Positions 1 to 14,400 of a stretch of 64,000 nt of DNA are shown piece after piece. The DNA is from Lingula anatina (lineage: Eukaryota; Animalia; Brachiopoda), in contig CM120640.1 of the NCBI GenBank assembly GCA_051362555.1, forward strand, positions 38,728,788 to 38,792,787. Direction: 5' to 3'. Position 1 is the first letter of the stretch. Each line of letters starts with the position of its first letter. The translations under genes were made by a program, and so were the position numbers. The notes under the pieces are model-generated. The model worked only from the letters and a program-made list of their open reading frames with translations. It did not search any database and had not been told where the DNA came from.

Positions 1-1308
1 AATATTTTCCTGCAGACAGTCTAATACAACTGGATCATACTCTGTATCGAATTTGTTCGCAAAAAGCTCCGTTCTCTTCAAAAGCCATGGTAAATCCAGT
101 AAAGAATAAACACAGATGCCATGCCTGTATAGTGGTCTAGTGTCATTGTTACATTTCTCGTTGTCCCATTTCCAAATCACTGCCCTGGAAATGTGGGTGC
201 CCTTAGAATGATCCACTTCGTACGAATACCCCCCAGGGGCGTCTGGCTGACGGACGAGTGTGGCCCAATAGACTTCTTCAGGTGCCATGGTATCATTCAG
301 CCAATTTAACAGATCATTCGCTACTGGATTTGTTAGTACATATTCAACAAATTGACGTGTGAAACTTCCGTAAAAACTTCCTTTGTAAAGAGTAATATTA
401 TGGGGTATTGGTGTTGTTTTCCTTGTTGTAGTAGGTTTTAAATAACCGCCATCTCGAAGTTCCCACCGAACTCCGCAGCGTTCTTGGAACAAATTATTGG
501 CCAGAGGATACGTCTCAATATCATTCTTGCCATCAAATAAATTCAAAATTTTCACAATTTCCAAGTTGGTTTTTAGTGGAAATTCTTGGCCGGATAGATT
601 GATATAATATTTCCAACGCACGGGTGATAACAAAAGTTGACGCATACACTGTATGTCTGCTAGCATTTGAGAAATATGTCCGTAAAACACATCTTGTGGG
701 TTAGAAATAACGAAGACATTATCAAAACACATGGATATGCTTTTCATGGACTCGTGAAGAGTCTGTGGTGAAGATTTATCAACGTGAAAACAATATACAT
801 TATGCGGCCTGTAAATTGTTCTCAAAAGAAATTCTGCTTGATTGGAATCAATGTGCATCCTTATAGAAAAAGCTAATGGAAACTTCAGTTCTTGTCGTGT
901 GACACGGTAGTTGTATCCCAAAGTTTCCTTGAAGTTGTCACAATTCCACGTGAAAAGTTGCATCTCTGCGTCTGTGAAAATGTGATGGGGCAAAACATAC
1001 CGCCGTGACGATTTTGTCGCTCGTTTCTTCACTTCTTTGATGTGCTCTGTATCTCCTCTAGCAAGTAATGTGCAGTTTGCTTTATACGCTTCCCGCCTCT
1101 GGTGTTTGTAATAGAGAAGGGCGCATGAGCTATAACTGGACGCATCTTTCTCATTATCACTTCTGATATTGACAGATTTTGCCTTTTCTAAAAAGCTATA
1201 GCCAAGTTGCAATTTCATGTTCACAATTGTCCAGATACAAAAACACAAAAGCACGAGAAGTTTAGCTCTACGCGAAGAACAGATCTGAAAAAGTCGATGC
1301 GTTGCCAT
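1..1308 (-). CDS. GCNT: Core-2/I-branching beta-1,6-N-acetylglucosaminyltransferase (GT14/Branch family), single coding exon, 3' end beyond the window start
   Basis: Manual translation is open for 436 codons from ATG 1308 (in-frame stop just upstream). It has an N-terminal TM (KLLVLLCFCIWTIV) and family motifs FPLAFSIRMH, LLRTIYRPHNVYCFHVDKSS, WKYYINLSGQEFPLKTNLEIV, APEEVYWATL, RHGICVY and LFANKFD. It is missing from the ORF track because the stop lies outside the window. Confidence 0.93.
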   Translation of the reverse strand, partial: MATHRLFQICSSRRAKLLVLLCFCIWTIVNMKLQLGYSFLEKAKSVNIRSDNEKDASSYSSCALLYYKHQRREAYKANCTLLARGDTEHIKEVKKRATKSSRRYVLPHHIFTDAEMQLFTWNCDNFKETLGYNYRVTRQELKFPLAFSIRMHIDSNQAEFLLRTIYRPHNVYCFHVDKSSPQTLHESMKSISMCFDNVFVISNPQDVFYGHISQMLADIQCMRQLLLSPVRWKYYINLSGQEFPLKTNLEIVKILNLFDGKNDIETYPLANNLFQERCGVRWELRDGGYLKPTTTRKTTPIPHNITLYKGSFYGSFTRQFVEYVLTNPVANDLLNWLNDTMAPEEVYWATLVRQPDAPGGYSYEVDHSKGTHISRAVIWKWDNEKCNNDTRPLYRHGICVYSLLDLPWLLKRTELFANKFDTEYDPVVLDCLQENI

Positions 1309-2744
1309 TGAAATTCATTACCGACATGAAAGCAATTTTGAAAAGAATCCACATTTTGCGAATCTGTATTTTATAATCCATTATACAAACCGTTAAACCT
1401 CAAAAAAGGCAAATTTACACCACTGAGTAAATCCATTCATGGCATACCAGTCAGTTACTCTAACCACGCGACCTTGTCAGGAATTAATGGAGTGTTGTAT
1501 CCACGTCACGCACTTCTTAACTCTTGCAAACTACCATGTCTTAATTAAGTTTTTTTTGTACCATGGCATACTCTTACGTGTCAGTGTACACACTTCATAA
1601 TGTCAGTTGCATAGGAAATTACATAGGCCTATATAATATCGTAGTTATAAAATAATAATCATGCATGGAATTCATTTTAAGTTATTATGAATTGATCGTC
1701 TTTCCGAAACATGTGATTTAAATGGAGTTAAAATACTGTATGTGAAGTTTTTTATACCTTGTCTGGTATTATCCATTTATCAATTTCAATATTATCATTC
1801 TTATTTTTCTATGCAACAAGATATCTATTGACAATAGGCAACAAATCATGTTTGGGTAAAATATTTTTCGGAAATCAAGTCACAAACTTGTGGATTAATC
1901 TATACACGGTTGAATTCGAAAGCCTCAAAATAATGGAATTAACCACAAGATGGTTGAACCTCCTGCTTATTTGCACCTAGGCCCTTGAATAATATGGAAA
2001 TTCTGTTCTATTTGTTTCAAAACAGTATATTTAAATCCTCATTGGCATTGCAATGAACTTCTTAATTTGCACATTTGTAGATACATAATGTGAAAACTAT
2101 GCCGTAAGAACAGATTAGGATATAATAAAACAACTGTGTAAATGCAACTTAACTTATGGTTTCAACCCTCCTGCATAAGAAAACACTTCTTTCTTTTAAC
2201 TCCCATTTAATGTCCATTAAATGATTAAATAATGCAATTTAGATTAAGGGCTTTCTGCCTTCATTCTCACACAAGTGGGCTACTTAATTTTTCAAAATGC
2301 AGATTCTATAAGAATTGTAAAACAAAATACAGGCATATCCTAAGCCAGTTTCTTCATTAGAAAAGGTTGTCCTGTTTGGAATAATTTATTTTATTTATCA
2401 TACATTGCTGGTAGTGGAAGAGACTTGATTTTAACCTCCATTTATCATATCAGAAATATGGGTACATAATTTTATAAAATTAAGAAAAGGCAGCACTTAA
2501 TAGTTTCAAGTGTTGCATTTTTGGTATTCAATAAATACATATAACATAAATGACATAATATATGGATATGGATGCTACAATTCACATTTTTCTACAAGTC
2601 ATAGCACTCAGTATTAAAAAAAGACTCAATGGGTGAATTAAAAAAAAAACAAAAAAAAAATTTCAGTTCTTTTCTTTGTGCAAAAAGATCTTGGTCACTG
2701 TCGTAAGCAGAAAACCACACAGTTATCCCAGGTATTCCAAATTA

Positions 2745-5700
2745 CTACAGTGGTCCATAACCTGCCCCCATTAACGTGTTTTCCTGAAACAAACCAAAAA
2801 GTTTTATGTAAAAACAATTAGACATTATGACCAATGACTTTCTCTCATTTTCAACAGTGCAGCGCTGTTGTGACCAAGGCTAATGGGTGTTATACCAGTA
2901 CCTTTGCCAATAGCTTGTGTTATACTGACCTTATTAATTGATTTTAATGAAGAAATACTTCATATCATCTAAAATACATGTTATTTAAAATAACTGGTGA
3001 AAAAAAGAACATGAATGAGATACTGAAATGTTTGATTCTAAAAGCATTATTTTTGTTGTTTGTTTGTCTGTAACTATTGATTTTAAGAAGTGTATCAACT
3101 ATCAAATGCATAGGCAAATATATACATGAACATTACACTGTGAACTCATACTCACAATGAGATTATAAAATGTCTCGTTCATCACTTGTTCAAAGAATTG
3201 CCTTTCAGTGTCATACACACTACTGTTTGTCCCAAGTTTCTTATATTTCCTCTCTAGACTGTCAACAACCATTTGTGATATCATTTTCCCCCTCTTGTCA
3301 TCGGCTACCTTTTGATAGGCTTCTATATTACCAACTGCCTCTAGAAGGTTTTCATGAAGCTGGAATGAAGGCCAAGTTTTGTTAATGTCAATTCCACTTC
3401 AGATAAGTGAAGGCAAAGTATAAATGCACATTTAAATTGATGCAAAGAAGTTTTTATTCTGGTAACTTTGTCAAAACTTCCTCATTTTAGTAAATCAACA
3501 TTCTATGATTGTTACGCATCTAAAACATGTGCAGTGCCTTTTAAGAGAATAATGTCAAAAAAAGTACAAGATTAAACAAGTTGAAGAGCATTAAACAATA
3601 TAAAGTTTGTGTGTCCAAACTGCCAGTTTCAAAATCAGATATTATCTACTGAACCACAGTATTACTTACTGATACTGGGGGGTGTTCTGTAATATCATAG
3701 TGTGCGTCCCACATTCTGATTACTAACTGGCTGCTTTGCTGCAAGAGAAAATATTTTTATAATTCAAAATTCCCAAAATAATAAAAATCAGATGGTTAAA
3801 AAAATAAACAAACTTACTTACATATATCATTATAAGCCAAAAATGACCCAGGAGGTAAAATTAATATGAAAACAATATCATGTCAAATTAATTAATCAAT
3901 TTCTTTTATAATGCTTCTGTATAGTCACATACATATTTGTTGCTGTTATTCCATTTCTGCTGCTTCAGAACCTCTTCCACTGGGCTTTCCTCAAATAAGG
4001 TCAGTAAATCTTGTGGTGGTTTGCCTTTGAATAGTGGTACATGATGCTCACCACACAAAACTGACCCTCTGTAATATAACAATATATACCATTTTCCAGT
4101 CTTTATCATACCCAAATGGTGTAATATAATGGAATGTAATTTATTGCAGTAGTTTTCAAAATAACATTTTATATAACACATGATAACATCATATGTGCCA
4201 TCCAAAACATACTGTTACTATTACCAAATACACACCGAAATAGAGACAAATAAAACAAGTAAAACAATTTTGTTATCATGAGTATAGCTGAACATTTTAT
4301 GGATTCACATGTAAAATCCATTAATAAAACATCTGCTTTTTGAGCAACAGTATGCTTAACTTGCATACTGTCTAAAACATGCAATTTAATGCCTTCTCAG
4401 ATATAAACAGAATAAAATTCTTTTTTTTATTTGCAAAAAAAGAACATTTGAGATACATAAATATTTGACTGCTTGTTTGGGATGTTGCTTCTGTAACTTA
4501 TGATGTAAAGAACTTCAAGTGTATAAACTATGAAGTGCTTAAGCAAATACATTATGAACATTTTGCTGTTTAAAAAAATACCACCAGGTGTTATGGGCAC
4601 TCAAGTATGAATGTTAAACGGAAAACTATAAGACTGAAATCTGATGATAAATTACTGATTTAGCTTAATTATGTTTGAGAATGAACCACTGTGAATGTGA
4701 AACAGAGAGATGGAAGTTTAAATGTGGTTAAACACTGGGCAAATGTTTCACCACCTCATTGTGTATTCAAATCCACATCCCTTCAACCATGTCCCAGGTA
4801 ATAACTGCTCCAAGTTTACAAATCTTGTACAACATAAAAACTGTGTATTATTCTCAACTAGACAGTTTAATGAGCAATTAAACCATAGGACCAATTGGTT
4901 AAAAAATAAAAACCCAGACATATTAATCAGAGTTACAAATCAAAGTTTAGGCATGCAGAGGGTGTATAAATATAGGTTAAGTACCCTAGAATGCAGCCAT
5001 CTCAGGTAGATAATATAAAATGCATGCACTGTTTTCAAATTGGCATACTTCATGATGTATGACCTTTTGAAATTCAGTTGTACAAATTACAATGAAGCCA
5101 CACACTGTAAGGAAAAATGGTGGCAATGGCCTTATTTTCACTGACCACTTCCTCAAAGAATTTTATCAATGGGTGTTTATTGCATTGTTGCCATACCTGC
5201 CTACTTTTAAAAATTTACTGGAGTGTCAGAAAATTTAAAAGAGAGTCTGCAACTATGGCAACTAATAAGGAATGCTGATATACTGAAGGCTTCTTGTGTA
5301 GTCACCAGTCTCAATGTCCCTTACACTCTCACTACCAAAATATCAATATGAACCTTACCCTTCAAACAGTTGTACCACAGACCAGCCAAGAACACTGTCC
5401 AAGCTCAACTGACCCCCAGATTTGTCCACCACCTGTCCTGGGCTCTTGTGGTCAGCTGTCGGCTTGTATACAGCATTCATAGTGAAGACTTGGAGCAGCA
5501 GGATGGCGTTGGGATCATAGTAGGGATGAACAACCTTTAATAAAAATCCAATCAGCTTTTAGCACATATTCATATTTCATTGTTCTAATCACTGTCTGCC
5601 TTTACAATCATTCTGAAGCAATTCTGACATTAATTTGAACAAGGCAGCAAAGCTGTCAAATGTACAGACAAAAAACAGGAAATAACTATGCACAAAATAG

Positions 5701-8700
5701 GCTACTGTCAATTCTGATGCAAAAGTACATTATGTTAAACTGCAAATTCAACATCAAATTTTAATTATGCTCAACAGGTAATACCAATGTAAGTAAAATG
5801 TGTAACAAGTTCACACTTTGTAGATGTATAACTTCCAGAAAAAGAAGCCAATTAGACTGCTTTTCCAACTCAGGCTGCATTTAAGTCCTGTATTTCTTTT
5901 ATTGAAAGTAAGGCAATCATAAGTAACATGATTTTCCCATAATGGTCCTCATGGCAGCAGTGCCCAAAATACTTTTTTTCAAATTTTGATGCAATATTAC
6001 ATAATGTTTAACAGCATAATGACCATCAATTTTAATAATAAAATATTAGTATTATGGATATTCAGAAAATGTGACTAGCAAAGGTCTTCAGGCCCATGGA
6101 ACTTCAAGTCACAACTTGAAAATGCCAAAATGTAAACAAGACAGCACTGTTCTGAAATGTTTTTTTTATTTTTTATAATTTTTAACATAACACAAAATTA
6201 ACAGTTTACTGCCGTTTTTATATGATCAACTAAGAAAATTGATGAGATGGGGAAAATATCAATAGAGCAGTGTTAAATGTCCAATTTCTTCCATTCTGAG
6301 ATTCTGAACATAGTGAATGATTGAATCTGACAAACTGCAGTGATATGAGTTTATTTCCATTTTTGAAACTTTATTACACAATACACGATAACAAGTTTAA
6401 CATCATTTTTACATAATCAACTAATAATGTTGTAAAGATGCAGGAAATGCCAAACAAACACTTTTACGTATCTTATTAATTAAATAATGAAACTGTTAAC
6501 ATGCCTAAGAATTGAATCTGAGGAAATGTGAAAAAACGGCATTTTTTTAAAATAATGGCCCGATTATGCTGTTTTTTTTAACTCAACCTGCGTTTTAGCA
6601 GGAATGACCACTCCTGTGAGTTTAATGACAATTGGCCTGTTTTTCTTATATTGTGTTTACAGTGTTGCATATATGCTGAAAAATGAAAAAACAGCATAAC
6701 TACTAAAATAGTGGCCCGATCATGCTGATTTTCGAACTTGATCTGCATTTTATGAATATTCATCAGCTCTGTAAATATACAGTCAAAAAGTAAAATTGCC
6801 TTCCACTTATCGTGTTTACAATGAAAGTGCACGGCACCAGCGACAGTGACGACGGCGACGACAGACGCAGGTGATGGCAATATGTACAGACACATCTGTA
6901 CATATTTACTGTACTGTTTGAGAACAGTAAGTGACATGGTTTTTCTTAAATGCTCATCATGGGAGCAGTGCCCAAATAGGTTTTTTTCAAATTTTGATGC
7001 AATATTACATAATGTTTAACAGCATAATGACCATCAATTTCTAATAATAAAATATTAGTATCATGGATATTCAGAAAATGTGACTAGCAAAGGTCTTCAG
7101 GCCCATGGAACTTCAAAGTCACAACTTGAAAATGCCAAAATGTAAACAAGACAGCACTGTTCTGAAATGTTTTTTTTTTCCATTTTTAACAATTTTTTAA
7201 ACATAAAACAAAATTAACAGGTTACTGCCATTTTTATACGATCAACTAAGAAAATTGATGAGATGGGAAAAATATCAATACAACAGTGTTAAATGTCCAA
7301 TTTCCTCCATTCTGAGATTCTGAACATAGTGAATGATTGAATCTGACAAACTGCAATGATATGAGTTTGTTTCCATTTTTGAAACTTTATTACACAATAC
7401 AAGATAACAAGTTTACCATCATTTTTACATAATCAACTAATAATGTTGTAAAGATGCAGGAAATGTCAACCAAACACTTTTACATGTCTTATTAGTTAAA
7501 TAATAAGACTGTTAACATGCCTAAGAATTGAATCTGAGGAAATGTGAAACAAGACAGCACTGTTCTGACATGGGTTTATTTCCATTTTTAACACTTTTTT
7601 TAACATAAAACAAAATAAACAGTTTACTGCCATTTTTATAGCATCAACTAAGATAATTGATGAGATGGGAAAATATCAATAGAATAGTGTTAAATGTCCA
7701 ATTTCCTCCATTCTGAGATTCTGAACATAGTGAATGATTGAATCTGACAAACTGCAATGATATGAGTTTATTTCCATTTTTGACACTTTATTACACAATA
7801 CACGATAACAAGTTTACCATCATTTTTACATAATCTACTAACAATGTTGTAAAGATGCAGGAAATGTCAAACAAACACTTAAATGTATCTTATTAGTAAA
7901 ATAATAAGACTGTTAACATGCCTAAGAATTGAATCTGAGGAAATGTGAAAAAACAGCATAACTTCTAAAATAATGGCCCGATTATGCTGATTTTCGAACT
8001 CAACCTGCGTTTTAGTAAGATTGACCACTCCTGTGAGTTTAATGACAATTGGCCCATCTGTTTTTCTTAAATTGTGTTTACAGTGTTGCACATATGCTGA
8101 AAAAAGGAAAAAACAGCATAACTACTAAAATAGTGGCCCGATCATGCCCATTTTCGGACTTGACCTGCGTTTTAAAAAGATTGATTACTTCTCTGAGTTT
8201 CATGACAACAGGCCTAACGGTTTTCCTTAAAATGTGTTTACAGGGTTGCATATATGCTGAAAAGTGAAAAAACAGCATAACTTCTACAATAATGGCCCGA
8301 TCATGCTGATTTTCGAACTTGACCTGCGTTTTATGAATATTCATCAGCTCTGTAAATATAAAACCAAAAAATAAAACTGTGTTCCACTTATCGTGTTTAC
8401 AGTGAAAGTGCACGGCGACGGCATCGCCATCGGCATCGGCATCGGCATCGGCGACGACGGCGACGACAGACGCAGGTGATGGCAATATGTACAGACACAT
8501 CTGTGTCTGTACATAAAAATAAACCCAACCCTCTTCCTCTTTTTTTTTCTTTCCCATGTGTTTATCACTATATTCTAATTTTTTTTTTTTTGCAAAATGC
8601 AATTGAAGATCAGATCATGGAAAGTTGTTTGTCAGCTTGGCTAAGTAATAACTCAGCCTGTTCAAAACCATGCAGCAGCAATTCCTCACCTTGGGTTCAT

Positions 8701-11249
8701 CCAGCCAGATAGGTGCTTTCTGCAGACTGTCATAGTCATGAGTTAGGGTGACAAACTTATAGTTAGGGTGACCAAATCCTTCCTCGGTGGGCTCCATGTC
8801 TTTAGTAGTGGCACCAGGTACCACCAAGCCAAAACATTCGACAAACAGACCCTCTGAAACACAGCAATGTTGAACATGATGCCAGGCACTTTCATGATTT
8901 TTCAAGATTTTCAAAAATCTCTGACACTGTAAATCATTTAATGACTCAGACTATTATATGGCAATATTAACTGTACATTCACTAGGAACACATCTAAAAT
9001 ATATAAGTGAATTTCATGCAATCCATATGCTTCCATTGCTGCACAGGCCAAGAAAAAAAAAATCCTGGTAAAACATACTGACCCTTTACTGTGTGTGTTT
9101 AATAAATATTAGCAGGTTTAGTGTAAGTGCCTACCTGGCAGTCCAAAAGCCTGTGAAACCCTCACTGACAGCCCTACATTAATTCTGTACTTAACACACC
9201 GCGTTAAGTCTAAGCTATTGGCTGGCTGCTTTGGAGGCAGATGGACCTTATTATCAAGACGACTCTCTATCCACTCGGACAAACTTCTGGTGGAATTATC
9301 TGCAGTAGAAATTAAACATGTCAACCATAAGATACAGACATTGCTTTATTTGTGTGCAGTCTACATGCTGTATTTTGGATAAATATTCTTCAATAATCAT
9401 AATATTAATGGAATTTACCTTTTCATGACATTATTTACTCAAATAATAGACATCCAAGAAACTGACATAAATTATAGTTTGCACAACGTTTGAAAAACAA
9501 GGAATAACTAACCTTCTAATTCATCCTCTTCCTTTTCCAGGAGCAACCTGGCAATGTCATTGACATTTCGATCAAAACTTTTGTCTTTCATGTAGCTGTC
9601 AAATATTCTCTCTTCTGACATGTATGGTTCACAGCTCTCTGACCTGTAGTATCCTGTTTGGTAGTCAGGAGCATCACTGTCATCCTTGAGAAAGGACAAA
9701 TTTATAAATTATCATTTCTTGTATATATTAATGATTTATAATTTAAGTTGTTTATTAAAATATATCAAAATAAATAAAAAATATATTTGAAGCGTGTGTG
9801 AGTGTGTGTGTGTGTTTGTGTGTTCGTGCACGCGCGTTACATTAAAAATTAATATATCAAAAAAAATAATGTAGGGATGAGATTAGATGATGATGACATC
9901 TGCTGGGCTAAATTTTCACTATTCATAAAAGATAACAACAATGAAAAAGAAAACAGATGAAATAAAACAAATATAATTTGTAGCATACTTAAGACAAAAG
10001 CAACAAACCTGCAATCCAGGGAGAATCCTGATTAGTAAAGATGCACCTGGCACACAAGGGGCGTTATCTAGGTCAGTAACTTTGAGACCAGCGAGACCAC
10101 TCCTTAAATCTGGCATTCCAGACCTCAGCCTCAGCTGCTGCCCCCCTACCAACAACTGGGACTGAAATCATACACAAAGATATTAAAATTGATCCAAAGT
10201 TCTTTTATATTTTTCTCTCAACAAATTTTTTAAATCATTCATTCGGAGCACTGCAGTAAGAACTAGATTTGAACTGTGCTTCTCAGTGGAATTCAACATA
10301 ATTAAAGAAACTGCCTACTGCTCTCATAAAAATGCAAATTTATATTTTCTAAATTCCCTTATGAAAATTCAGTTATATAATAAGCCTTACCTGATCATCA
10401 AATATCCCAACTAGACAACTCCCAATGACCACTAGTTCTCCAGTGACAGTGTCCACTGTATACACTCTCAGTAATGCCACCACACCGGGGTCTATCTCAT
10501 CCCCATTTTCATTGACATGTAGGCCAAACTTAAACTTTGGACATCTTGCTGGACTGGTCAGTGCTGGGAAGGCTAAGATGTCTGGAATGTTGGTCACATT
10601 ACCAGTTTTAAGTACCCTGCCTGTGACCTGAAAGTATGAAATTAGCAATGTGAATTTTAGTTTGACTGTAAATTTATTTTCCATTTTCTATTAAGTATAC
10701 AAATGACATAAATAAGTAAATAAATAAATAAAGCAAATACCCCATGTTCAAAACTTAAATCAAGAAAAATAATATTAAATATTAAAAAAGAGACATTGCA
10801 ACAGGGAAAAATAATAAAATATATACTAAATTTACCTTGATGATGGTAGCATTATCAGGTATAAAGTTCACTCCATCTATAAACAATGTGAAGGGTTCAT
10901 TGAGACCAGTGGGTGCTGGGTCTATCTCAGCAGCATGAGGGTTAAACGGCACCCAAGGCTGAAATCCTGGAGGAGTGGGCTCTCTAGTTCTGGAAATTGT
11001 GTTATCAACAATGTAATATGCAACTGAATAGAAATAAAGTACAAAAAATCGAGGATCCAATGCAATGTTCTTCACCTGGATTTTCCAAATATAGCATTCC
11101 AGTGATCAAAACAGCTTAAAACTAAAATGATGCACATTAAACTGCCTCACAGAATTAAAGTGTTATTTTTTCAAAGCCTCTGCTAATATAATATAATATA
11201 ATCTATGTGAAGGAAAGCTGCCTTAAAGTTGACAGCCACAATATATTTA

Positions 11250-11289
<40 letters not shown>

Positions 11290-11324
11290 ACTTTTTATTT
11301 GTTCCTGCTGCAGCTATTACAGTT

Positions 11325-11421
<97 letters not shown>

Positions 11422-14400
11422 CATATCAAATATAAGCAGAGTAAGGCCTTCTAACTTTAATATACACTCAAAAAAACACAGGATTACCAACATCCCTAAC
11501 AAAAAGACAATTTAAGTGATGTCATGTTTTCATTGTAATAAAGGCAATAATTTTCTTACATGGGGGTGCCAGTCTTAGATGCAGGAGTATCTACTGCCAT
11601 TGTCGGATCATAAACCATAGCAGAGAGTTCACAGTTATCAGCCAACAGATCTGAAAAGAAAAATTAAAAAAATACTGAAGGGGTGGTCAAATGCATGCTC
11701 TGTAGAATAAACTTGGATAAAGTGGATGAAATGAGACAATATCTAATTATCTGGGTATGTGAAAAAATGGAGATGAATCAGGCTGTGGTTGCCTTAAAAC
11801 AATTATCAATAGACAGTTGACTGATCAAATCCAGAACATTGTTAGCAATGCAGTGCTACTTTGGTGCTAACCTTGATGAGAAGGCAATGGTGTTCTTGGC
11901 TGACCATTAAGAATACTTTCTGAAACTGGACCAGAGTAGAGAGTATAGGAATACTCTCCTTCCAGAAGCTCCCACAAATGTGGCAATGACTGGCTGTCCT
12001 GACTGCTATGTTGGAATAGTGGAATTCTTGACCAACCTAAAGATACTCTGCTATTTCCTAAAAACAAATATCATTTTCCAGTATAGTTGATATAAATAAA
12101 TCCAAAGTAGTTAATTGATAATATTACTCACAAGATGATTGAAGAATTTTTTGTGTTGATTGCTGTTATTTTTGATTTCAAACAATTTGTTCTGTTGCAA
12201 ACGTGTAGTAAATTGATAACAGGTTAAATAATTAAAGGGTTTTCAAAAATCAACATTGTTATCAATCACTTTTCATAATGTATAAAAAGTCTTACCATTA
12301 CTTGATCCTGGTGCATCATACTCCACCCTAACTACAGCATAAGGGAATCCTCCCATTTCCCTCTCCACGTCCAAATTAGTGGCATCCATATCAACAAATT
12401 CAAATTTTTCCTGGAGAAGGTCTATTGTGTACACCTTGCTGCCATATTTGTCTGCAGTGACACCACGACATGTGGGTAAAGTTCTGGACCACCTGGCACT
12501 GATTCTTATAGTGCCAAAAAACACACCTGCAAGGACTTTGATTGCAGAGGGGTCAAAATCAGCCAGCCATTCAACCTAAGTTTAAGAAAAAAAAAATACA
12601 CATCAAAGATAAAATTCACCCATGAATTTTTGCAGAGCCACACGATATTCCAGATTTGCATATTTATCATATTATAAATGTCATAATAGTCTTACTTGAC
12701 AAGGATTAAACAACAGTGGAACTCTTCTATCAAAATCCACATTTTCGAAAGAACTTCTTAAAACCATGTAAGTGAGTTACTCACCCTGTCCTGTACATCT
12801 GCAGAAAATATGAGTTTGATTCTGATATGTTTAATCCCCACAGGAGGCAGAGGGACCACAGAGGTGGTGGAGGGGCTGGGGGACCTGACCACTCTGCTGG
12901 GGGCAGACTTGACCACTGGACCAGGAGACCTGGTGAAGATACATACAGCATCTATGACCAAACGATGGCACAAAATGCTTTTAGCCAACTACTACGTACT
13001 CATATAAAACAAAACTGTGGATAAATACAAGAGCTATTCTTAAATTAATAAAAAGAGATGTTCTTACAAATGGAAACAGTTTCCTCAAATGCAAATGTTA
13101 ACTTAAACCCTTGACTAGTGTGATTACTTCAGCTTAAGAATTCAAAATAGCTTCTTCAGCTCTGGTGACAGTAAATTGCTCTAATACTACTCTGTATGTT
13201 CATATAAGATGTTTTATTTCAATACCATGCAAAACATGCCATTGATAGATTATATTTATAAGCAACAAACAACTGAATTGTCTGAAAAGACCAACTTACT
13301 GTGGCCTCTGTCTGTTCATGTATGGCACATCTTCAGCATTGCCTCCATTCTGTAGGTGGATCCAGGCTCTCTGAATGTCTACAGTGTACAGCTTGCAGGG
13401 CTCTTTCAGAAATACCTGCACACAGACAAATATAAGAAAGCATCTTAGGAATGATTCGACTCAACTTTACAAAACATCAGTGGGATATTTCTACATACTT
13501 AAAGAATGTGATAAATTGACCAAACTTGTTTTCTGTTTATCAATGATATCATTTTTGATCTCTTTATGGCAAACTTAACACGTATTTTTTTCAAATGCTG
13601 AGGTTTGGAATAAAAGTTTACATTTGATAATTCTACACATAAATTTGATACCAGTTTACTCATTTTTCCTTTCTCTACCTTTTTCATAGAATGATAGTCT
13701 GTCGCCTCCATGAACTTGTGTTTCAGTAGTAACAACAATGCCAGGCAGACGTCATGCAGTACAGAGCTCCCCCAGCCCTGCATGAAACACTGGTCCCAGA
13801 TCAGCAGCACTGCCTGGGTGTCCAACACACTCACAAACCCCTGAAATCATTGTATTCACAATTAAATAAATAAAGAGAAATGTGCAATTGTCAAATGAGA
13901 TATGCAACTGGATTTCTAATCCTACACACCACACAACAATCTTAACGTATAATCAGAAATATTTATGCCAAAAAAACAGACATAACTACATCCTGATTCT
14001 GCTTGTAATGAAACAATAATTCACTTAAAAGCTTTTCAGACCATAATTACCTCTCCAATCCATTTTCTTAAAAAGATCAAAGGGTCTGCAAGCAGGTCTT
14101 TCGAGGCCTGGGACTGATTTCCTGACCTGGGGGTGGCTGCTGCTAATTCTTTGGCTTTGGTTTGTTCCAGATGCAACAACTGCACCAGGAATTCCTGTAT
14201 TGGCAAATTATATCTTATGTTTAATATATAGAAAGGCATTGAGTAATCATGTTTTGTCCTCCGTGAAAGATCTTTGGGGTGTAATATAAACTATATAAAC
14301 TTCAATTACTAATACAATTGTGAGTTAGGATATAACAGAAGCACAACAGTCAATTGAAAAACATTTATAAATACTGTATTTAAAAGATCAATATGCAATC

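Noticed and set aside
1-1308. Intronless GCNT as a retrogene or horizontal transfer
   Set aside because: Single coding exons are normal for several animal GCNT genes.
8078-8602. 174-aa ORF with ADADADAD, and related ORFs at 6578-6937 and 7879-8091
   Set aside because: These translate the HINE microsatellite and tandem repeats; no protein motifs.
11207-11515. ORFs with poly-K and YIYIYI
   Set aside because: Poly-A and (TA)n microsatellite artefacts.
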